A stretch of DNA of 64,000 nt from a virus (taxonomy: Duplodnaviria > Caudoviricetes), in IMG/VR virus record IMGVR_UViG_3300045391_001060, positions 3,605 to 67,604 of that record. One strand, 5' to 3'. Position 1 is the first letter of the stretch; every line of letters starts with the position of its first letter. Below are positions 53,566 through 61,599 of this stretch, in pieces. The notes beneath the pieces are model-generated. The model worked only from the letters and a program-made list of their open reading frames with translations, was not told where the DNA came from and did not search any database. The translations under genes were made by a program, and so were the position numbers.

Positions 53566-53784
53566 CTACCCCCTTGCCGCCCTCTCAGCGAAGTCGGCCG
53601 CTGCGTGTTCGATCTGCCGGTAGTAATGGCCGTGGACTGTGGTATTCAGTTTCTTCTGATCCCACTGCCAGACGACGAACTCGTCACGGCCGCCTGTGTT
53701 ATTGAACGCGAGGATGTACTTGCCTCGGGCGTCGATAACTATTGCCCCGTTGGGCAGATTCGTTCCAAACTTCGGCGTATCCAT
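53566..53784 (-). CDS. Hypothetical protein
   Basis: LPNGAIVI...EFVVW...GHY; RBS AAGGAG; preceded by a TATACT element at 53830. Confidence 0.55.
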   Translation of the reverse strand: MDTPKFGTNLPNGAIVIDARGKYILAFNNTGGRDEFVVWQWDQKKLNTTVHGHYYRQIEHAAADFAERAARG

Positions 53785-53861
53785 TGTCAGTCTCCTTCGT
53801 TTAACCGCGCGTAGCGTTCGCGCTCCGCTAGTATACGTCCACTGACGTTCGTGGCGTTACG

Positions 53862-53899
53862 ACAAAAGACAAAAAGAGACCGCCCATGTGGGCGGCCTC
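53862..53899 (-). terminator. Rho-independent terminator
   Basis: Minus strand gaggccgccc-acat-gggcggtctc followed by tttttgtctttt. Confidence 0.75.
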
Positions 53900-53922
53900 G
53901 TGAGTTGCGCTGAGACTGAGAG

Positions 53923-54462
53923 CTACGACGCGAGAGCCTGACGGATCTCCTTGGCCTGAGCCGGAGTGAACTCCCAGCGCTGGCTGTGATCGTGGAAGTC
54001 GATCTCGCCTTTCGCGATCAGCCGACGGAGCTTCACCCGCGTCGCTTTGGGATCGAGGTCCAGCTGCTCGCAGAGCCTCTTCAGAGGGATCAGCTTCCCG
54101 TCGCTGACCGCGTTGGCCTTGAGGCCAGCCGTCTTCTTCTTGGACGGCGCTGCCTGGACCGTCTTCTTCTTCGAGACTGCCTTCTCGAGCTGCCTGATCC
54201 CCGATGAACGGGCTGCGATCTCCTTCAGTCTATGTACTTTCTTCGCCATGGTCCTTCTCCGTTTGGTTATGGTACGCTTGCCCTTCTCTCTTTCCTTGGC
54301 GAGGGCTTCGGCCAAGTTCCCGCCGTAATGCGGGCGATCCGATCCTAGTCCTGGGTGCCTTCTGATCTTCTTGACTCCCTGGGCCAGAGCGGATACGGTA
54401 GCCTCGTCCGGACGGAAAGCCCAACCGAGCGAAGCATCTGCCTTTGGTCTCACAGTTTCCAT
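53923..54462 (-). CDS. Lys-rich protein with C-terminal (A/T)RVKLR...RW domain
   Basis: Second RBS-backed start at 54249; IPLKRLC...PKATRVKLRR...QRWEF; own promoter-like element (54488) and terminator. Confidence 0.65.
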   Translation of the reverse strand: METVRPKADASLGWAFRPDEATVSALAQGVKKIRRHPGLGSDRPHYGGNLAEALAKEREKGKRTITKRRRTMAKKVHRLKEIAARSSGIRQLEKAVSKKKTVQAAPSKKKTAGLKANAVSDGKLIPLKRLCEQLDLDPKATRVKLRRLIAKGEIDFHDHSQRWEFTPAQAKEIRQALAS

Positions 54463-54562
54463 TTAGCGTTCTCCCTAGACGAAGGATAGTATACCAGCAT
54501 TACCCCAACCAACGTATAACAATTTTCATATAGGGGATTTACCCGATCTTGGTTTTGAGGGG

Positions 54563-55036
54563 CTATATGGCCTTGTATTCGGGGTCGGTGTAGATGATGT
54601 TGTAGATGTAGGCGTCGCTGACGTTGTACTCAGCAGCAACCCGCTTGACCCAGCCCCTCTCGATGCGGACCTTCCCCATTTTCGCTTGCTTGTAGCGTCG
54701 GCGGATCTCGGCCTTTGACTCATCGTTCATCAGTGGTGGTCGGCCGCCGGTTCGCGGGACGGCGATAATCGGACCAGGCCCTGCGTCTTTGATCTCCTTT
54801 ATGACTGAGTCCACCTGTGCGTCGGTGAGGACGACTGGCTTTGACAGATCCCCGTTCCTCAAACGCGCCTCGTGAACTGCGAGCGCATCGTCCTTGGTAC
54901 GCATGGGAATGATGTGAGGTACCGCCGCCTCGACTGCGGCCTTGGCAAAGTCATCCAGTAGGCGCAGAAACTCGTCCCCACTCATGGTCGCCCGATTAAC
55001 CGCGATTCTGAGCCTGATTGCTTCTAGCCGCGTCAT
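54563..55036 (-). CDS. Protein with C-terminal HTH
   Basis: KRVAAEYNVSDAYIYNII. Confidence 0.6.
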   Translation of the reverse strand: MTRLEAIRLRIAVNRATMSGDEFLRLLDDFAKAAVEAAVPHIIPMRTKDDALAVHEARLRNGDLSKPVVLTDAQVDSVIKEIKDAGPGPIIAVPRTGGRPPLMNDESKAEIRRRYKQAKMGKVRIERGWVKRVAAEYNVSDAYIYNIIYTDPEYKAI

Positions 55037-55313
55037 CCGTCATCTCCATTAGCATTTTATTGAGTGCTGTAGTTACCGCCTTGCTGAAGTTCCCTCCCCC
55101 AATCCACCTTTCGGCTTGGAGCTTCAACTCGGGCCTTATCGAGATACACGCCACGACAACCTTGCGTCCTGGCATACGAGTACCCTGTTTGTTCCGTTTC
55201 TTGCGCTTCGCAGTACGCTTAGGGCTCGGCGGCTTCTTACCTCCGAACCGTCTCCACTCCTCACGCTCTGCGGGAGTAAAGCGCCGAACGTTGCTCAGAT
55301 CGGGTTTCGGCAT
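54996..55313 (-). CDS. Basic protein with RHH-like segment
   Basis: ACISIRPELK...NFSKAV. Confidence 0.5.
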   Translation of the reverse strand: MPKPDLSNVRRFTPAEREEWRRFGGKKPPSPKRTAKRKKRNKQGTRMPGRKVVVACISIRPELKLQAERWIGGGNFSKAVTTALNKMLMEMTDDAARSNQAQNRG

Positions 55314-55685
55314 TTATCTTACTCCATTGATTAGGTCCATCGGTACACGCGCGTGCGGATCGAATATCTTGATCCCTTTGTACCTGAAGAACTCGAGTGC
55401 TTCGTGTTTCTCGAGACCAATCAGCGCGTTCATTACGTCGCGCAGAATCTGTTCCTCGCTCTCGTGTCGAATGATATGCTGCGAGGTAATCATAACGGTC
55501 GAGCTATGGTCGTCCGTGTTCATGACTGTCGCCTGGACTTGCAGGATGAAAAAGTCTCTCTCGAAATGCGCCCAGCCCAGACTGATGGTCGGCTTGTACT
55601 GAATCGCGTTTAACACTCGCACGGCCTCGACCCATGTCATGGACGGCCTAAGCATTCGCTTCAGTTGTTGAAACGGCCAGATCAT
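55314..55685 (-). CDS. Hypothetical protein
   Basis: EKHEALEFFRYKG..IFDPH pattern. Confidence 0.55.
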   Translation of the reverse strand: MIWPFQQLKRMLRPSMTWVEAVRVLNAIQYKPTISLGWAHFERDFFILQVQATVMNTDDHSSTVMITSQHIIRHESEEQILRDVMNALIGLEKHEALEFFRYKGIKIFDPHARVPMDLINGVR

Positions 55686-55876
55686 TGTTTCTCCAATACC
55701 ATAATTGAAATCTGGAACTCGTGTAGAGCTTCATCCGACTCGGCTATCGCTTTATAGCCCTTCTCCCGCATTAGCTCCATAAAGTTTTCGATGCAGAAGG
55801 TCAGCGACGCTTTCGCGCCTGCCGTGGCTGAATAAAGAGTCTTACCCTCGCTGGTTATCTTTACTATGACCTTCAT
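55682..55876 (-). CDS. Hypothetical protein
   Basis: 64 aa, coupled. Confidence 0.45.
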   Translation of the reverse strand: MKVIVKITSEGKTLYSATAGAKASLTFCIENFMELMREKGYKAIAESDEALHEFQISIMVLEKQ

Positions 55877-56073
55877 TCTTCCATCCTCCGCAGGTATCGA
55901 ATGTGGAACAGTAGCCGTTCTTGAGCTAGCTTGAACTCGGCCTCGATCATGTCGAATGCGTCTGGATCTCCTCCGCCTTTCATCTCGTCCGCGCGTGCCG
56001 CTTGCTCGAATGCGGCTATCAGATCGTACAAGGTCTCCCAGTCGTCCTTCTTCTTGGCTTTCTTTCTGCTCAT
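55873..56073 (-). CDS. Hypothetical protein
   Basis: 66 aa, coupled. Confidence 0.5.
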   Translation of the reverse strand: MSRKKAKKKDDWETLYDLIAAFEQAARADEMKGGGDPDAFDMIEAEFKLAQERLLFHIRYLRRMEE

Positions 56074-56258
56074 GTTTCCTCCGGAATCTTAACTACAGCT
56101 CGTCCTAGGGGCGCTCGCACGTAGCGAATCGTTACAGGGTTGACTCCTCGCTTCTTGCGGCGCATGTCGTTGAGCTTCTCGGCTGCCTCAGCACTCTTGA
56201 ATACGCCGACGTGTAGCCCGTCCTCGAACGTCAGGAATAGTGTATCTGGTATGTTCAT
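56070..56258 (-). CDS. Hypothetical protein
   Basis: 62 aa, coupled. Confidence 0.45.
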   Translation of the reverse strand: MNIPDTLFLTFEDGLHVGVFKSAEAAEKLNDMRRKKRGVNPVTIRYVRAPLGRAVVKIPEET

Positions 56259-56710
56259 TTCCTCTCCTTGTAGTTCTTGATTACGATGGTCTGGCCTGGC
56301 TTACCGAGCTTGCGTGCGTACTTCGCTGTCCAGCAGCCTCCTGATTTAACGTGGTCGCTCGTCCCGCAGTGATAGCAGAGCTTGAAGCGCATACCTTTAT
56401 AACCTCGCGGGAGCTTATCGACGGTTATACAGATCACGCGCTCTGCGTACTCGGCGATCTGGATGTTCCGGGCCTTGTAGTAGGGCCAGCTACGCTTCTC
56501 GGGTGGGAACTCTTTCATGCGCATACCGATCTCGCGCTGTTCCATGGCCCAGATATCTACGCCGCCTAGATGGCAGTGTCCTGAGACGACTATCGTCGGG
56601 TGATACCTCTGATACAGGTCGTGGATAAGTTGAATCGCGCGGGCCGCGCCGAGGTCCGTGAACTTGGCTTCCTCTGCGCCTACAATAGCTAGCTTGAATC
56701 CGTGTCTCAT
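56255..56710 (-). CDS. SLOG-superfamily (YspA/DUF2493-like) nucleotide-binding protein
   Basis: LAIVG...VVSG...GVDIWA...ARNIQIAEYA...GG.WT..YA..LGK. Confidence 0.6.
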   Translation of the reverse strand: MRHGFKLAIVGAEEAKFTDLGAARAIQLIHDLYQRYHPTIVVSGHCHLGGVDIWAMEQREIGMRMKEFPPEKRSWPYYKARNIQIAEYAERVICITVDKLPRGYKGMRFKLCYHCGTSDHVKSGGCWTAKYARKLGKPGQTIVIKNYKERK

Positions 56711-57213
56711 GCTGCGTCCTCCGGTATACGCCAGTCGGGCCTCTTAATGAATCTACGCCAGAGCTTCTGGACTTTAGGCTCGCGGAAGAACTCCATTACC
56801 ATGCATAATCCATTCCCTTCTCCCTTGCTGCCGCTAAAGTCTGGCTTGGCTGCCGCATACCACAATAAAAGCCGATCTCGCCCGAATACGTTGTACGTGA
56901 TAGGACTGCGCTTGTACGGCGGCCGAGGTTTCTGGATGTCGTACTTCGTGACGATTGCCCGTGTACGCTTGCGCGGATTCGGGATTAGATATGATTCTGT
57001 TTCGCGAATATGCTTGCTCTTTATTAGCTGGCTCACGAGCATATTCGGATATAGCCCGAAGTGCGCGGCGAGAACCGTCTTGAGCATTATACCTGCCGCG
57101 AGAATAGCACGCTCGTCCTCGGTTTCCCCAAGACCCTCGAATTCCTTGGCACGATTGATGACTGCTAAAAGGTTAACTCTCGACAGCTCTGAACTTGGTA
57201 GTGTTTTCTTCAT
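56707..57213 (-). CDS. First early-type gene, unknown function
   Basis: 168 aa directly behind the promoter motif at 57231; RBS GGAGG. Confidence 0.55.
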   Translation of the reverse strand: MKKTLPSSELSRVNLLAVINRAKEFEGLGETEDERAILAAGIMLKTVLAAHFGLYPNMLVSQLIKSKHIRETESYLIPNPRKRTRAIVTKYDIQKPRPPYKRSPITYNVFGRDRLLLWYAAAKPDFSGSKGEGNGLCMVMEFFREPKVQKLWRRFIKRPDWRIPEDAA

Positions 57214-57230
57214 TTTTACCTCCGGACGCT

Positions 57231-57241
57231 AGTATAGCGCG
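57231..57241 (-). promoter_or_regulatory. CGCGCTATACT motif (copy 3)
   Basis: Exact copy; TTAATA lies 17 bp upstream of TATACT. Confidence 0.65.
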
Positions 57242-57570
57242 GGTTGCTCGGTTTATTAACAATCTAGGTGAATTGTGCGTAAGTTACTGAAGCGGCGGGG
57301 AATTGTGATTGAATGACTGTGTTAATAGCTCTACTTTAGTAGAAAAGTACTATAAGCGTGATACTATAGTTTACTTGATATATATATTAACTCAGGTCAA
57401 CCATCTTATAAAACCTCGTAATAGATCGGTTTTTCGAGCCATTTTGTATTAACGCAGCCAGTGTGTCCATACCCGTCCTATAGAGAGGGAGTGGGGAGAG
57501 TCACGTATTAACCTGCTTTACAGGACTGATCTACTCGGAGTATGATAGGCCATCTTTGATTGGGAGGTAG
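57242..57570. other. AT-rich intergenic divergence region (candidate genome end, packaging site or origin)
   Basis: Visibly the lowest-GC stretch (gatatatatattaac); separates the leftward early genes from terS. Confidence 0.55.
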
Positions 57571-57572
57571 TC

Positions 57573-58151
57573 ATGGCGAAGAGGATCAAACCAAAGCAGA
57601 AGAACAAGAACAAAAAATCTGTCCACGCACCGAGAAATGGCGCACCTAGAGCACTACGAAACACACCTGCTTTGGTACCAGATACCATATTCTGGCCAGA
57701 TCGTGTGGATCATATCAAGGCGATTGCACTGCGGGGATACAGCGATGCAGAGATGGCAGCCGTTCTCGGCGTCTCAGAACAACTCCTGGATAGCTGGAAA
57801 GCGTACTATCCAAATTTCGCGAAGGCTATCGACGAGGGAAGAACCCACGCTGATGCACAAGTGGTTGCAGCTCTGCACGCCAATGCGATTGGCTACGAGC
57901 GCGATGTAGACGAGGTAGTGCGCACACGCAAGGGTGCTCAGGTCGTGACAGTCTCCAAATACTACCCTGGGGATACCAGCGCGCAGAAGTTCTGGCTGCA
58001 GAATCGACAGAAAGAACACTGGAATGCCGCACAGAACGTCGCGATAGGCGGCCGTGGCAAGGATCATCCCATACACATCGACCAGGAAACCAAGGCCATG
58101 GTTATCCATTCCATACTCAACCTGATAACTCCGCGCCCGGATAACGCCTGA
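57573..58151 (+). CDS. terS: Terminase small subunit
   Basis: HTH AEMAAVLGVS...W...YP.F..AI..GR..AD..V..AL...AIGY; FWLQNR. Confidence 0.8.
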   Translation: MAKRIKPKQKNKNKKSVHAPRNGAPRALRNTPALVPDTIFWPDRVDHIKAIALRGYSDAEMAAVLGVSEQLLDSWKAYYPNFAKAIDEGRTHADAQVVAALHANAIGYERDVDEVVRTRKGAQVVTVSKYYPGDTSAQKFWLQNRQKEHWNAAQNVAIGGRGKDHPIHIDQETKAMVIHSILNLITPRPDNA

Positions 58152-58231
58152 AACTATTTCCATTCAGCCGCTTCCTTCAGTAACCATTCAGGCGATACGC
58201 TATCCTCGTACCCTAAACCGTAGGAGGATAT

Positions 58232-58423
58232 ATGGGTCGTGGCAATACTTACTTTCGTGATTCGGAGATCTCGGCACTGCTCGCTGCTGTGGACGCGATG
58301 CTCGATGGTCTGCCAACCGGGGATAACGTGCCAGAAGTGGATCGTGCAGACGCTACACGCGATCGTGCAGAGTACGAACTGCTCCGCGTGAAACTAGAAC
58401 GGCTGCAGGCCACCGGTTTGTGA
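58232..58423 (+). CDS. Hypothetical protein
   Basis: 63 aa, RBS AGGAGG. Confidence 0.5.
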   Translation: MGRGNTYFRDSEISALLAAVDAMLDGLPTGDNVPEVDRADATRDRAEYELLRVKLERLQATGL

Positions 58424-58689
58424 TGCCATAACACAGGCGCGGAGTTCGCGCGGGCTGCGCGCGCACGCGCTTTCGAGCACACCACGCACCACATACCTCG
58501 TCGTTCGAGGTAGATCCTTCCGGAAGCGGGAGGAAAATAATTGGTTCGTTAAATCGACTACCGTTCGTCGGAAAGTACTTGTTATTGTTAAATCGGTCCC
58601 CTATCGCGCGTCGGATCGGCGACGATACTCCTACGCCGTTCGATACCGAGCGGCGCGCGATCCGAGGCGCTAACCTCGCGGAGACGAAA

Positions 58690-58941
58690 GTGAAATCGAA
58701 GAAAGGTAAGACGACGAAGGCCCGCGCGAGCGGAACGAAGGCCAAGCCGGAGGCGCGAATCCCGCTTAAGAAGATCTGCGGGGATCTCGGTTGGGAACCG
58801 AAGGCCGCGCGCGTCAAGCTCCGTCGCGCGTGGAGGCGCGAAGGCGAGGACAACGTTTCGTTCCATACGAAAGGCGCGCGGTGGGACCTTACCCCGCGCG
58901 AGGCGAAAGAGGTTCGCGAGATTCTCGGAACCCACGCCTAG
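58690..58941 (+). CDS. Lys-rich protein with ARVKLR...RW domain
   Basis: Start at GTG 58690 (RBS GGAG); IPLKKIC...PKAARVKLRR...ARWDL. Confidence 0.65.
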   Translation: MKSKKGKTTKARASGTKAKPEARIPLKKICGDLGWEPKAARVKLRRAWRREGEDNVSFHTKGARWDLTPREAKEVREILGTHA

Positions 58942-58960
58942 GATATTCCCAAGGACGGGA

Positions 58961-58990
58961 GAGAGGGCGGCGCAAGCCGCTCTCTTTTTG
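58961..58990 (+). terminator. Rho-independent terminator
   Basis: gagagggcggc-gcaa-gccgctctc followed by tttttg. Confidence 0.7.
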
Positions 58991-59229
58991 TGTGCGACCT
59001 TGCCGTGGTTGCGATGCTCCCGTGATGGGGAATATTGCTTGCCCGGGAAACACTCCACCCCCTTGGCAGGCAAAAGTGGCGTACCACCCTGTGCGCACCT
59101 CCGTCACACGGCCATATGATTCTTGAAAACATCTCGAACCACCCTTCTCCCCCTATACTACTCTATAGGGGAGAATGCGACAAGATCGACAAAGGGTGGT
59201 ACGCTACTCCCCGAAATCGGAGACCAACC

Positions 59230-60012
59230 ATGAGAGATCTGGCAATTTCCCTGCTCGCGGCTCTTTTCCTCCTCTCGTCTAAGGCCAAAGCGGACGAATC
59301 CCACGTAATTACGTGGACTCCCCCAATACAGATGACCGACGGCAGCTTATTCACGGCGTACCCGACCACGATCGACAGTACCCGACTGCAGTGCTTTAAT
59401 CCCCCGAACGGCCAACTGTTCGATCAAACGATCCCGGCCCCCACAACGAGCTATCAAGCCCTTTTCCCCTCCAGCCCCAACATCAACTGTCACGCTAGTG
59501 TCAGCATGCAGTGCAAGGCTCAGCTCACGAACGCCGAGGGCACGTGGACGTTCGATCCGAACAACAACAAAGTCATACTCATCAACGGCACCTCCAATAA
59601 CGGCGGCCAGGGCTCGTCTCTCAGCCTCACCCAAACTGGAAAGATGTACGCCGTAGGCACCGACGGGAACTGGTGGATCCATACCCCCGCTACCGGCTGG
59701 GTCCAGACAAGTGTTCCTACGGAGCCTCTGGCGGCTAACCTCCTGAATACCGACGTCACCCACCAATGTGCGAGCGACCCGTCCTCACCCGACCTGGTAT
59801 TCAAGGTTCCGTTCATGACCACGACTGATGCGCGGATCTTCTCCATGAAGCAGACGCTGAACTCGATCACGTTCACTCAGGTGGGGACGGCTCCTCTGCA
59901 GACTACCTGCGACTACACGCAGAAGGTACTGGATAAGTACGTCGTCGCGAGAGACAAGGTCACTTGGCTGGGTAACGTCAAACCACAGGTGGTATTTGGC
60001 CTATGCAATTAG
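59230..60012 (+). CDS. Secreted FN3-like beta-rich protein
   Basis: Start at ATG 59230; signal peptide MRDLAISLLAALFLLSSKAKA|D; ITWTPP...TDGS. Confidence 0.6.
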   Translation: MRDLAISLLAALFLLSSKAKADESHVITWTPPIQMTDGSLFTAYPTTIDSTRLQCFNPPNGQLFDQTIPAPTTSYQALFPSSPNINCHASVSMQCKAQLTNAEGTWTFDPNNNKVILINGTSNNGGQGSSLSLTQTGKMYAVGTDGNWWIHTPATGWVQTSVPTEPLAANLLNTDVTHQCASDPSSPDLVFKVPFMTTTDARIFSMKQTLNSITFTQVGTAPLQTTCDYTQKVLDKYVVARDKVTWLGNVKPQVVFGLCN

Positions 60013-60443
60013 ACGTCATCGCCCTGATTCTTTTCGTTGTCCTCGGCGTCTACTTCCTCTTTATCAGGAAGCGGCGGCCGACCCGTCCACTTTCTTTCAC
60101 TGCAACAGTTACAAGGAGCACTAACGGTATGAGTAACGTAACACTTTCTTGGACGCCGCCGACCCCGGCAGCGGATCAACGCGCGCTGAAGGGCACGCAG
60201 TTGTTCGTTCGGATCAAGGGCGCAACCGCGTTCGATCCTCTGGCGTTCGTCGCAGCGGATCAACCGCCGACGCTCATCGACGAGAACGTGGACGACGGCG
60301 ACTGGGAGTATCAGGCGGTGACCGTCGACAACGCGGATAAGCAGTCCGCACCGGCGTTCGCCTCGGTCACGGTATCGAGCGCGCCTCCGCAGACGCTGAG
60401 GGACCCGAGCCCTCCGACGGGCTTCACGGCGGTGCAGAGCTAG
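60003..60443 (+). CDS. FN3-domain protein with possible N-terminal membrane anchor
   Basis: VTLSWTPP...YQAVTVD; TM at residues 5-21; second RBS-backed ATG at 60129. Confidence 0.6.
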   Translation: MQLDVIALILFVVLGVYFLFIRKRRPTRPLSFTATVTRSTNGMSNVTLSWTPPTPAADQRALKGTQLFVRIKGATAFDPLAFVAADQPPTLIDENVDDGDWEYQAVTVDNADKQSAPAFASVTVSSAPPQTLRDPSPPTGFTAVQS

Positions 60444-60628
60444 CCCAACTGACATGGCTAACAGACGGCCCCCCGGAAACAGGAACAGACGAGAGGGGGC
60501 CGTTTCCCTCGAAGAGTATCTGAGTTGGCCGGATGCTAAGCAGGCAGAGTTCCTAATTCACCTGTTGCAGCAGCCAAATGGTTGGTTTCATTACTACACG
60601 TACAGTAAGAACAATCAAGGAGATCGAA

Positions 60629-61414
60629 ATGGATATGGGAAATGGTCCGAAGGCAGACAAGGCAGCGGAGAAGGTGGACGAGGAGATGGGGTCTCTGTTG
60701 GCGTGGACGGGCGCGCACTTCGAGCAAGAGGACGGCGCCACTGCCCGGCAAACCCAGGAAGGCTTGCCCTATTACACGGTCAGGCTGGCGGCGCGCAAGG
60801 ACGGCAGGGCGTGGGGGATCCATCTGATCCACGCGTTCCAGGAGGTCCTGGAGGGGCTGCGGTCGGCAGGGGCGAGGAAGATCATCTGGAGGACTCGGCC
60901 GTACCTGGCGGAGGACGACCAGATGCATTACATTCGCGCCCGTCTGGTGACCCTGGACGACCTGGGGAACGCGGTCCTGACGCCGCACGCGGTGAAGGAG
61001 AATCAGCCGACGCCGGAGATCCCGTACCCCGAGCAGCTGCAGGAGATGCCGCCCCTGGGTTACGATTTCTTGGGCCCCCGTGAGGAGGCCGTCGTCCTCT
61101 GCGCCATGATCGCTTACCAGGTGACCAAGGCGCTGAACGACTCGCGGGGAGAGTTCACTCTATCCTGGGATCAAAGCCGGGCCAGCACGGTCGCCGGGGT
61201 CATGGCGATCCTGGATAACCCGAATCTGACTCCCGAGCAGAGTCACGCGAGCTGGATGGAGTACAAGCGCGCGGACGGCTGGCAGCTCGGGCCGACGAAG
61301 GACCCGGCCGCCAAGACTCACCCGCTCTTGGTTCCCTACGACATGCTTCCCGATGACCAGAAGGTGAAGGACGCGATCTTCGGGGCCATCGTCCGCACGT
61401 TCTTTGGCATATGA
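60629..61414 (+). CDS. RyR-domain-containing protein
   Basis: Start at ATG 60629; HASWM..KRADGWQLG..KD...KTHP.LVPYD.LP..QK.KD. Confidence 0.7.
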   Translation: MDMGNGPKADKAAEKVDEEMGSLLAWTGAHFEQEDGATARQTQEGLPYYTVRLAARKDGRAWGIHLIHAFQEVLEGLRSAGARKIIWRTRPYLAEDDQMHYIRARLVTLDDLGNAVLTPHAVKENQPTPEIPYPEQLQEMPPLGYDFLGPREEAVVLCAMIAYQVTKALNDSRGEFTLSWDQSRASTVAGVMAILDNPNLTPEQSHASWMEYKRADGWQLGPTKDPAAKTHPLLVPYDMLPDDQKVKDAIFGAIVRTFFGI

Positions 61415-61599
61415 GCGGCATTCGTCTTAATTACGCGATCGCGCGTGAAGTAGGGATCACTCCATACACGAACTTTGGGGTGTACTATCCTCAGCCGAGG
61501 TATCATGCCCAGATGCTTCTGGTACCGAGTAACCAGATGCTGAAACCCATCCTCAAGGACTACTTCGCCAAGTCGAAATGGAATCCCGCTCGACCGTAG
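61411..61599 (+). CDS. Hypothetical protein
   Basis: 62 aa, coupled. Confidence 0.4.
   Translation: MSGIRLNYAIAREVGITPYTNFGVYYPQPRYHAQMLLVPSNQMLKPILKDYFAKSKWNPARP

Noticed and set aside
60454-61083. 209-aa alternative + strand ORF
   Set aside because: Overlaps the RyR gene in another frame, begins within a terminator-like hairpin and has no recognisable motifs
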